The notes beneath the pieces are model-generated. The model was not told the origin of the DNA. It did not search any database and worked only from the letters and a program-made list of their open reading frames with translations. DNA of 63,512 bases, filler included, from Choristocarpus tenellus KU-1152 (lineage: Eukaryota > Protista > Phaeophyceae), in assembly GCA_964200185.2 (NCBI GenBank). It is 12 parts of 12 records of this genome, joined end to end, with 100 filler letters (N's around TTAATTAATTAA, not from the genome) between each part and the next. Parts side by side here need not be neighbours in the genome. Positions count along the whole stretch, not along the records: positions 51,821 to 55,255 come from CAXNAD020020047.1; positions 55,356 to 58,992 come from CAXNAD020018809.1; positions 59,093 to 63,512 come from CAXNAD020014638.1; 9 more parts are not named here. One strand, 5' to 3'. Below, piece after piece: positions 54,054 to 63,512 of the stretch. Positions within the stretch are counted from its first letter, which is position 1, and each line of letters begins with the position of its first letter. A program made the position numbers and the translations under genes.

Positions 54054-54330
54054 GTACGATTGATACCATTAATGGGACAAAACTAAGGTACAATTGATAC
54101 CATTAATGGGACAAAACTAAGGTACAATTGATATCATCAATGGGACAAAATCAAGGTACAATTGATACCATCAATGGGACAAAACTAAGGTACAATTGAT
54201 ACCATCAATGGGACAAAATCAAGGTACAATTGATACCATCAATGGGACAAAACTAAGGTACAATTGATACCATTAATGGGACAAAATCAAGGTACAGTTG
54301 ATACCATCAATGAGAAAAAACTAAGGTACA
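54025..54330 (+). repeat. Minisatellite, 9 x 34 bp, spanning the myosin exon/intron boundary
   Basis: Unit ATTGATACCATYAATGGGACAAAA(CT/TC)AAGGTACA starts at 54025, 54059, 54093 ... 54297, with no spacers. Confidence 0.95.
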
Positions 54331-55255
54331 AAGAAGTACAATGTTGGAAGCATAGTACCAAAACAAAGCCAGAAATAAAAATCGTTGGACTGAGGATTTT
54401 TTGTGAGGTCGAATTCAGAGATTCTTGTCAAACCAAATGTAGGGTGGATTGGTGGATCATTATGTCATTGTAAGGTATACCTCCGCAATATATGTGCATG
54501 CTGATGACAGTGTATACTCTGTACTTTGTAACATTGTTTTTTTTATGGTGAGGTGTTACTTACCGTGCTTTTAGCACTGACTTTGTTTTATTATTATTAT
54601 TATTTGGTACTCTGATTGGAAGTTGGTTGCGTTTCCTCTTGCACCTGCTCTATTGTGTTCCTTGCAGTTGGACGTCATTGACCTTTCGTTTGCAAGCACT
54701 TGAAGAAATCTTTATAAGTGATCTATCATATAGAGTCAGTTTGTGTTGGTTGAGAGTTACAAACTACAGCTTTTGTTTATTTTTGTAAAAAAATAAGTCT
54801 TCTAATTTGACATTGGAAAAACAAAAACAAAAAAACCATCAACCTTGAAACGGTTCTCTAGTATGATGTGAAAGAGAATTTTAAGATTAAAAAAATAATA
54901 CATACATACATATATATTTATTTATTTTTTCACCATTGTAAGACGATTTTCGACCCGAACCGGTTCAAAATGAAGTGTAATTAATAATTTCTATCGTATG
55001 TGACTACTTCGTTCCCATAGAATCATTTCAAAAATAAAAAACTGATGCTAGGAAGAGGTTTTGGTAACGTTGCCCAACAACCGGAAGGCAATTCTTAGGT
55101 TTGTGGAATGTATTCAAACTAGGAAGGCCGCAACTAGATTTTGAATTCTGTTTTTTTTTTCCAGTGCAGTGAATTTTCTGTGGAATTTCTTCTGGTGAAT
55201 GGGGGGGGGGGGGGGGGGGGGAAGGGTGCGCGGGGCCGGCGGGTGCGTGGGTGAT

Positions 55256-55355
55256 NNNNNNNNNNNNNNNNNNNNNNNNNNNNNNNNNNNNNNNNNNNNT
55301 TAATTAATTAANNNNNNNNNNNNNNNNNNNNNNNNNNNNNNNNNNNNNNNNNNNN
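55256..55355. other. Artificial contig-joining spacer
   Basis: N44-TTAATTAATTAA-N44. Confidence 0.98.
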
Positions 55356-57396
55356 CCAAACAGAGTCGGATGTCTCCATACCCAAGATTTACCCTGCATA
55401 TGATCTATCAGTGGATAAACTAGGTGAAATTACCAGAGTACAAAATGATACGGAACTATTCACTAGTGCCGTTAATGTTTTCCCAACATTGACCCTGAAG
55501 TACTATTCAAAGCTCAACAAGCTCAATATGGAGACTATTTCAAATATTTTGCTAATCCAGAAAAAGCCCTCTTACCAAAAAATGAAACAATGTATACCAC
55601 GTCTTACTTTTTCACACAAGAAATGGAAGGCAAACAGATGTTATACAAATCATATCAACCCGGTCACCTTCGAAAGAGCGATAAATTCCGAGATCAATCA
55701 GTGGTACCTACTGAGATACAAGGCTTATACTTCATGCACTTTATGATCGTAAAGTCTCAGGACACCTTGCATTCAAACACACGTTTGACCGAATTCGTGA
55801 CTGCTTTTGGTGGCCCACTTTACATAAAAATGTCCGAGCTTGGTGTGGAACATGTCAATCATGCCAAAGCCGCAAGCCAACACCTTCTAAACCATCAAAC
55901 CCTCCAGGGCATATGCCTGTAACATGCCCATTTCAGAGAGTGGCAATTGATTTGGTAAAGTACAAAACTCAATCAGAGAAAAATACTTATGTTTTATCTG
56001 CTGTCGACCATTTTCCGAAGTTTGCTTTGCTCAGTGCTATTCCTGACAAACGAGAAGCAACTGTAGCAAAAGCATTAACAGAACGAGTGTTTTCTATTTT
56101 TGTTGCCCCGGAAACCTTACTCAGACCAGGGTAAGGAGTTTGAAAATATACTGATCCGAGAACTTCAAAAGATCTATGGATACAAGAAAACAAAAACAAC
56201 ACCGTATCGACCTCAAGGCAATAGCATTCTTGAAAGAATTCATAAGACAATGCATAGCATGCTAGCTATGTATTCCAATATGAAGCAATCGGATTGGGCG
56301 TTATTATTGCCTTTTGTGCAACCGGCTCACCATACCGCTTACAACACCATTGTACAAGAAACACCCTTTTATTTAATGTTTGGGAGACGTCCCACATTAC
56401 CAATCGATATCATTTTGGGAGAACCAGAGGCCATGCCTACATCTACCCAGGAGTACAGTAAACAGTGGATAATTTACAACTTGCATATGAACTAGCCAGA
56501 CAGAATATTGTTGAGATGGCCTTGCGCAATGAGTCCAAGGCCTCTGAACACATCATTCCTACTTATGAAGTTGGTGCTAAGGTGTGGCTACACAAACCCC
56601 ACACTTCGGCCGACGCTCCTAACCCTAAGTTACTGTCCCTGTGGAGAGGATCATACGAATAAAAGAGAGGATAACTCCGGTAGTCTACCGTGTGAAGGCG
56701 CAGGCCGACCATCGAGAAATCACTGTGCATATAGCACGACTTGAACCACACAAAGAGGGCCACCCTCCTGAACCAAACATTGACTCTCTCAATTCTTTAT
56801 TTCTGGGCAGAATAATACCTGAACCAGATATAGAACAAGGTTTGAGCGTTCAACCAACTTTCGAGTCATACTTTGTTGAGGGCATTGCAGACCATAAACC
56901 TGGAGTGGGTTGTAAATCCCCACATAACTATTCATACCGGCTTAGATTTAGAGGTTTTGCTCCAGCTAGTGATGTCTGGTGGAAAGCAAAAGAAATCCCT
57001 CAGTGTGCAGAGATGATTGAAGCATATAGGTTACGACATAATCTGGATGTTTCTCCTGACCAAAGTGTACCAACACTAAAGTCTTCAAGAACTTCATGTG
57101 ACCAAGGTATACCGATGCCAGAGTCTTTTCAGTGTTCTCCACCACCCTTTGCCACAATCGCCGAAGTACCATCACACTTTTCACAAACACACCTGACTCA
57201 ATCAATTGCCGCCATTGTCGTCGAGAACATTCAAGATGCTCTTGCGTCAAACCCTCAAGGTGATGTCCCTGTGGTTACATCAACTACTCACACGGCGGGT
57301 TGCCGACCTGATACAACATCAAATTCCACTAAAAGAAGTAGAGATGAAGGTTTGAATCCTTTTTCAAGGCGAACTCATGAACGATTTAATTGCTAA
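55356..57396 (+). mobile_element. Decayed Ty3/Gypsy retrotransposon: integrase plus chromodomain (chromovirus-like)
   Basis: Across frameshifts: CQSCQ zinc finger, PFQRVAIDL, VDHF, SDQGKEF, TTPYRPQGNSILER, TPFYLMFGR and KLLSLWRGSY (GPY/F). These are followed by a chromodomain, YFVEGIADHK..YRLRFRGFAPASDVW. Confidence 0.92.
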
Positions 57397-57519
57397 GTTG
57401 TTGACGTCTTCCCCTAAATAAATGCACACATATTTAACCACATTCACATGGATGATCTGCTGGGTCCATACACATATGGGGTAGTCAAGGGCTTTTATCC
57501 CTTTTTTGTCAAGTTTCGA

Positions 57520-58992
57520 ATGGAAGATCCCCATGCACCTCTTTTTGCATCTCCAAACTTGTTTTCACCATACCCGCAAAAAGAGTAATTGATATGAATA
57601 CTCGGGTTGGACGACTCGGACTATCGGGACTGGCGGAGGCGTTTCATTGTGCATTGTCGATATACTCACTGTTTGGATGCGTTGACAAGTCAAAGACCAG
57701 TCAATGAAGAACGCTCCTATGAGGAACTTCTCTCGGACGACTTCAGTGCGATTGATATTTTGATGGTCAAAGAGGCCTACCATTCACTTACTGTTGCTCT
57801 CGTTGCACCCACCACCAGGGCACTGTGCTATACACACCAAAGCCCGAGCGAACTATTCCAAACAATAGATGATTGGATCATGCCCAATACAGTGGGTAAT
57901 AGCCAACATTTATCCGGTAAGTTTTTCACTGCAAAGGTTGAGAAGGGGGCGAACACGATCCTGACCTTAAACCACCTGGAAGAGCTTCGGGGGAGGATGC
58001 TATCAATGGACCTGGTGATCTCGGCCAAGCTGCTGCTCTTACAGTTCCTGAGTGCTCTTAGATCAGATTACGATACTGAGAAACGCATGATGGCCTCGCA
58101 GAGAACACTATGTCGAGCAAATGTAGAGAAAACTGCTAGAGAGTGATATGCTTCCCTTCATCAGGGCAAGCACTCCAGTCAAAAGAACAGCCATGCTTTG
58201 GTCGTTAGCAGCTCATAGCAAGGGAAGAGTCAGTCTCATTGCAACGGCCAAGGTCGCGGGGTAGAACGTAAATTTAATGGTGGAAGAAAGAAAAATACTT
58301 CTAATTCCAACCCAAAACGTTCCGAGAAGATTCCTTGTGAGAGATGCGGTAAGCATGGACATGAGAAGACAGCTTGCCCAAACCTCATTTGCACCAAGTG
58401 TGGTGGACGTGCCCATGATACAACAACGTGTACTTCGGTGTTCTTGATTACAGTGGAGTCTGGGAAAGAAGAGATCAAGACCGAGGCGAATCCTTCCCAC
58501 ATTACTGTGGAAAGTACCACCAGCTGCGGCATCGATGAGCGATATGCACTACTGGTCGACACTGAGGACTCTCCTAGCAGCAATGTTCCAGGCAAGTGTG
58601 GGGCAAACGAATGTTTGGGTTCAAGTGTTGGGGTTGGCCGCGAGAGGGAAGAATGGATTTTGGACAGTGCGGCTTCATGTCACGTAACCAATATGATAAC
58701 TCACATGACAAATTACAAGCCTTGCGTTGGAAACGAAAGGGTAGTCACTACCAGCCAAAATTCCTTTAGCATCGCTGGTCATGGTGATCTAATCATCTGG
58801 TTTCTGTCACGTGACAACAAGGAGGTAGAAATACTCCTTCAAAATGTCGCCATGTCCCTGATCTTGGATTCAACCTTTTCTCTTGCCAAGCAGCAGCTGA
58901 CAAGGGTGCAAAAGGCATTTTCACAGCCAGCACATTCTCGCTATTAGATGGAGTACTTAACTTCACAAGAGATCCTGGTTGCCACTACACCC
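57520..58992 (+). mobile_element. Decayed Ty1/Copia retrotransposon gag-protease
   Basis: UBN2-like gag (DYRDWRRRF..LLQFLSALRSDYD), tandem zinc knuckles (CERCGKHGHEKTAC, CTKCGGRAHDTTTC) and Copia-type protease WILDSAASCHVT..IAGHGDL. Contains stops and frameshifts. Confidence 0.88.
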
Positions 58993-59092
58993 NNNNNNNN
59001 NNNNNNNNNNNNNNNNNNNNNNNNNNNNNNNNNNNNTTAATTAATTAANNNNNNNNNNNNNNNNNNNNNNNNNNNNNNNNNNNNNNNNNNNN
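58993..59092. other. Artificial contig-joining spacer
   Basis: N44-TTAATTAATTAA-N44. Confidence 0.98.
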
Positions 59093-59115
59093 CACCCCCC
59101 CAGATACTTTGGGTC
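59093..59115 (-). mobile_element. MITE family B terminus abutting the interior of a family-A copy
   Basis: CCCCCCCAGATACTTTGGGTC is immediately followed by internal family-A sequence. Confidence 0.6.
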
Positions 59116-59288
59116 TTTGTTAGGAAGTGTCGATATCCTTGTTCCGGACACACCTTTTCATAACGTACACGTTTTACCTACTCCGAAATATTTTGGAGTA
59201 GGAAAATGTCATTTAAAAAAAACATGTGAAACCAAGCCCCAGATGGACAAACAGGGCAAAACTCATACTCTCTAAGATAATTTCACTC
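59116..59288 (-). mobile_element. MITE family A copy 8 (reverse, interrupted)
   Basis: TTTGTTAGGAAGTGTCGATATCC ... TACTCTCTAAGATAATTTCACTC. Confidence 0.88.
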
Positions 59289-60713
59289 GGGTGCAGAGAG
59301 TGATATGAACATCGTTTGCTCCATTGGTGGCAGGAATCTGAGTGACAACAGGAGCATCGTAAAGGGAGCCTGAGGTAGACTCCTCCATGAAATAGGACTT
59401 TGCAATTTGCTCTCTAGAATAGTGGTATCTTCCGTATCTTCCGGCCTCCCAAATTCCTCGTATGGGCAACACGTTGGCTTTGTTGAGCTTCCAACAAGGT
59501 CCTGACCTCCACCACACTTGTCAACTATTATCTTGTCCTTAGGTTGGTATCGATTCCATGCGTAGCAACGGCAGTATCGATCTCTGACGGGATTGGCGAC
59601 GTTGTCGAAGAGGCAAGGCAGAGCGCTGATGTCTAAGGAGTCAAGACATAGGATGCATATTTGATCATGTATCTCCAAAACACCGGGGGCACACTTCAGG
59701 AGCACCTAACCCCTTTGAACGCTATTTGCCTCCTTTCACAACCATAACCTCCTTGGTATTTTTTGAGTTAGCATCGAGGGACGGGTTTGTTTGGGCGCAA
59801 CCGCAGAAGTTGCTAACCTTTTTGTGTCCTTGTCTGTGCCCATCCCGAATGTAACCGGTGGTCCTGAGACGAAATTTGGGACCTTTTTAACATGTGGAAG
59901 CATGCACTCCTCAGTGCCAGGCAAGCAGTTGTCGGGCCTACAAATCCAACTGGGTTTCCCTTCAATCCGAATTTGTCCCGACCACCTTCAATTTCGATTC
60001 CGCACAGAGGGCATCGTCAGACATAAGACACCTCCTTCATGGCCTGACAACACTGCATCACGTTGTGGGGTGGAAGTCCTGAACATTGAGGGCATAAGTC
60101 CATCCAACGTCTTGGAGGACTTGCCATTATTCGAAATTGCTGCATCCTCCAACCCAGCTTCAGGTTCAATGAGCCACTCACATCGTATGTGTCATATTGT
60201 GTGTGGCTGGGCACCAGGACAAGAATCGGCAGCAACCTTTTTGACATCAACTCTCCCTCCAGGAGTTGAATGGTTTGATATAATATGTATGGCTTGGAGC
60301 GCCAAGTTGCACGCCCAGTTGACAGAGGGGGTATTGCAGCAATTAAAGCACTTGCGACCTACGAACGAGATGAGAATCACCATTAGACATGAAAATCTAC
60401 CATTATACCAACAATTGATCATGTTTGTCCCGTGCGTTTCGACTCGCAGCTCGCGAACGGTGTGGAGAGATTAACCCATCTCAACTTCACGTACAACTGT
60501 ATTAACACATCCCCCTACCATGCTCTCCACTTCTCAAGTAGACCATTTCCAGAGATACCTTGTTCTCTGGATCTTGGGGACTTCACTTATTGCCACGATC
60601 CAAATATCATAACGCGAATGCGATCCACTATTCCAAGTACCAGGGTTAGACGATTGGATCGAACCATCATCGTGTTCCTGGTCGGTTCGATCTGATCGAG
60701 AATAGGCCTAATC

Positions 60714-61946
60714 ATGGCGACTTCGCGCGAGAACTTTCGCTGTCCCCGCAGCCCCATTGGGGTGAAGAGGGATCCTGCCTTCAATGAAGATAAAAATTTG
60801 AAGGGGAACCCTAATCTTAAAATGTCAAATGATACCCAAAATAGAGACACAATGGGTGAGAGAATGGACCAACTGGAGTCGGACACAGCGACCCCAAAGC
60901 TCGGAAGGAAACTCCCTGATTGTGGTAATAGATTGGAGGATCCTATCAAGTGTGATAATTCAAATAGGACTCTGGGAAAAGATTTCACTAGGGAGCCAGT
61001 GAGCCAGGTACAGCCACAGTGGCTCTCTCGAAAGCGGAGGGCAACCACCAAGGTCGATGAGGTGGAAAAGAAAAGCCCCAATAAGGAAATTCCAAGCGAC
61101 ACTTTCGTGGAAGATGCCACGGGCGAGTCAGATATCCGGATTCATCGGGGCCTGGAAAATCCAACAGAGGGCATACCCCGTGATCAAAACAAGTTGCAAG
61201 AAAATTCTCGGCAAGGTGGCTTGGACGACACATTGGACCACACTATGAACGAGGTAGAGGATCATATGCCGCCAAACTCAGGAAATCGAAAGCGAGAAAG
61301 AGGACTAGACACCACTGAGCTTTTACATCAGATCGTCGATCGATCCGTACGAAAGCGGTTCCCCACTTCAAGTCCTCCCTTGCCTGGCTACGGGATGCAC
61401 TATGCCCTGGCGAACTCTTGTCCTCCCACAAGCAAATTCTCCTCGCTGGATATGCTTTCAATCATTTTTCGTGAAGGCCTGGGGCGCCTACCCTTGGTGG
61501 TAAACGCCAATCGAGCACCATTCAAGGATAGTGGCGATGGTTTGCAAATGAAAAAAATCAATGTAAATGAGATGGAGTGCCATGCACTTTCGATAGGTCT
61601 GAAAGGGCTGCATGCCCTCGGTAAAGCTCCCTCAAGTGATACCCTAGCAAATGTTGTAGGCAGGGAGATCATGTCACTCGAGCAATTCTTTGCTACCTCC
61701 TTACAACGGAGGAAGGTCTTGAACAGGGGGGTGCATGAACGACTGCTGTTGTTGAGACATGCCAATGCATGTCCTATTGAGGCAGGAGAATCTGGAAGAG
61801 TGGAGTGCAGTGTGACCCCACGTTGTGAAGAGATGAGAAAGCTCTGGAAGCACATGTCCCAGTGCCGGGTTCAGGACTGCAAGTACACCCTGTGCATCCA
61901 TGCATGCTGGGAGGTGATATGCTTACTCCTAGACTACATTGTGTGA
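60714..61946 (+). CDS. Intronless 410-aa ORF with a C-terminal, apparently truncated TAZ zinc finger (possibly part of a longer pseudogene)
   Basis: ERLLLLRHANAC..C.VTPRCEEMRKLWKHMSQCRVQDCKYTLC matches the TAZ pattern of CBP/p300-type proteins. The rest is hydrophilic and looks disordered. Confidence 0.7.
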   Translation: MATSRENFRCPRSPIGVKRDPAFNEDKNLKGNPNLKMSNDTQNRDTMGERMDQLESDTATPKLGRKLPDCGNRLEDPIKCDNSNRTLGKDFTREPVSQVQPQWLSRKRRATTKVDEVEKKSPNKEIPSDTFVEDATGESDIRIHRGLENPTEGIPRDQNKLQENSRQGGLDDTLDHTMNEVEDHMPPNSGNRKRERGLDTTELLHQIVDRSVRKRFPTSSPPLPGYGMHYALANSCPPTSKFSSLDMLSIIFREGLGRLPLVVNANRAPFKDSGDGLQMKKINVNEMECHALSIGLKGLHALGKAPSSDTLANVVGREIMSLEQFFATSLQRRKVLNRGVHERLLLLRHANACPIEAGESGRVECSVTPRCEEMRKLWKHMSQCRVQDCKYTLCIHACWEVICLLLDYIV

Positions 61947-63512
61947 TCAACAGATTCATTTCTTTGTGATATGATTTCATGCAAGGAAGTACATTATAGA
62001 TTTTTAGATGCAGTGCTGTTCAGGTAGATCCTATGTTGCTGAGGAAACGAGAAGGATCTTTCATTTGTTCTGATTGAAGTGGAAGACTGATGATGTCTGT
62101 TCTACGTCAATCTGCTGAAGCATCTTCCCCTTCTGACATTCTGTGTGTGGATCAAGTCACATCCAAACTTTTTCTCACCTGATAATCACTTTGACAGGTT
62201 CGCCACCTGCGCTCCTGCAAGAGACATGACTGCCCACTATGTGAGCCGGTTAAATCGCTGATCCAGCGCTCTCTCATTAATAATATGGACAAAGGATTGC
62301 ATGAGGTATGATAGAGACTTTTGGTGGGTGTTTCCCTTTTGCAACACTTTCACAGACATACAAATAGACTCCACAAAATCAAAGATTGGGTATGTTTGTC
62401 AATAGTAATGCTGAGACTAGGTGAAGAGTAGCAATAGAATGAAGTGAAAGTGATCCTTATCAGTCAACCCAGATATTTTACACTTCACTATAAGTTGTGG
62501 GCTGTGGGGGATGTGAACATATACAAGCCATTTTGTCCATGCGCGGTGACAGGTGAGGAGCACTCTTCTAGAGCTCCGACTATAGTGTGTTCATTGATCA
62601 ATAGTGCCGTGCAATACTAGTGATTATAAGCTGAAGTCACAAGCTGCTCTGTGCCCAATTGCCTCTCAATTCATAGGAGTTCTGAGGTTTCCAAACATCA
62701 CCTATTGTGTAAGGTTGGAAGCCTTCAACTTTCTAAGCTTTGAGCTAACCAATCGCTCCCCCATATTATCGGACATACTGGTTTTGCTTTGGGATCAAGA
62801 TAATTCATTTTGAGGTCATAAGTCAAGTGCTATGCATGCCCTCTGGTATGTTTTTCTCAACATTTTTTTTTTGTTTGTCAAATTTGCCCCAAACATGCCA
62901 AAGCATTGAACACATTGCACTACCACTTTCCCTTACCATACAAAAGGATCCTACTGTGCCTTCATAAGTACTATTTTCCAATCACAGCTCCTCACCCCTT
63001 GCAGTCAAAAAGTGTACCCTCTTGAAGTCATCCCAACATTGACTGAGTGGGTCACATGCATGAAAGACAAAGTTGGTGAACGGGATAGTTGCTACATGTA
63101 TCGACCCAATCAGATGTGAATACAAATATTCCCTGCAATGTGCTTCCCTTTGCATGAATCAATGTTGGATGTGTAGACAGAAATGATACACCAGTGTGGA
63201 CCAAAGACTCATTGTGTTTGAATTTCTCCAAGTCCATCCCTTTGTCTGCTCGTCTTTCTAGTAAGTTATGCTCTAATGCTTCACATATATTTACCATCGC
63301 AATATCCCCCACACTCATGTACCCACACACCTTTGTAGGCTTCATAACCTTTACTATTTTTTGGATGTAAAATGTGATACTTCAAAGCACTTACACTTTG
63401 ATTCAACCAGTGGTCCTTGACACACTTAAGCACTACTTCGTACAATTGTAGCCCCTTACCACGGGTCCCCACAACTGCCCACCCTCTCCAAGAGGATCCC
63501 TTCACTCGCCCC

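Noticed and set aside
54025-54330. 34-bp repeats as a CRISPR array
   Set aside because: Units are head-to-tail with no unique spacers, derive from a myosin exon end, and no cas genes are present.
62082-62129. C/D-box-like TGATGA..CTGA with a GGAAGA/TCTTCC stem
   Set aside because: Only ~20 nt lie between the boxes, too short for a typical snoRNA, and no guide target was recognised.

Overview
This is not one locus. It is 12 unrelated eukaryotic contigs (about 2.7-11.6 kb each) joined by 11 identical artificial 100-nt spacers (N44-TTAATTAATTAA-N44). The DNA is intron-rich and repeat-rich. The plastid-type IspH, a bipartite-targeted cis-prenyltransferase, a stramenopile-style TAZ finger and tyrosinase, and an RTE-like LINE point to a photosynthetic stramenopile, probably a brown alga or close relative (inference). 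Spliced genes I could rebuild by hand: a complete TEY-type MAP kinase, a complete sterol C14-reductase (ERG24/FACKEL type) and a complete mitochondrial GGQ release/rescue factor (C12orf65/MTRFR-like). Partial genes: IspH, cis-prenyltransferase, a FAB1/PIKfyve-like FYVE protein, myosin, tyrosinase, two more kinases (one probably a pseudogene), a coiled-coil protein and a large unknown protein. Mobile DNA: 8 copies of a ~260-bp MITE with GAG..CTC ends and 4-bp target duplications (Sola2-like), a sister MITE family sharing its terminal and subterminal motifs, a decayed LINE RT, and adjacent decayed chromodomain-Gypsy and Copia elements. The most notable oddities are a probable non-canonical GA-AG intron in the release-factor gene, a 9x34-bp array that multiplies a myosin 5' splice site, and the two-family MITE system. 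I see no CRISPR array, RNA gene or operon-like system, and I cannot claim a new multi-gene system from this window.
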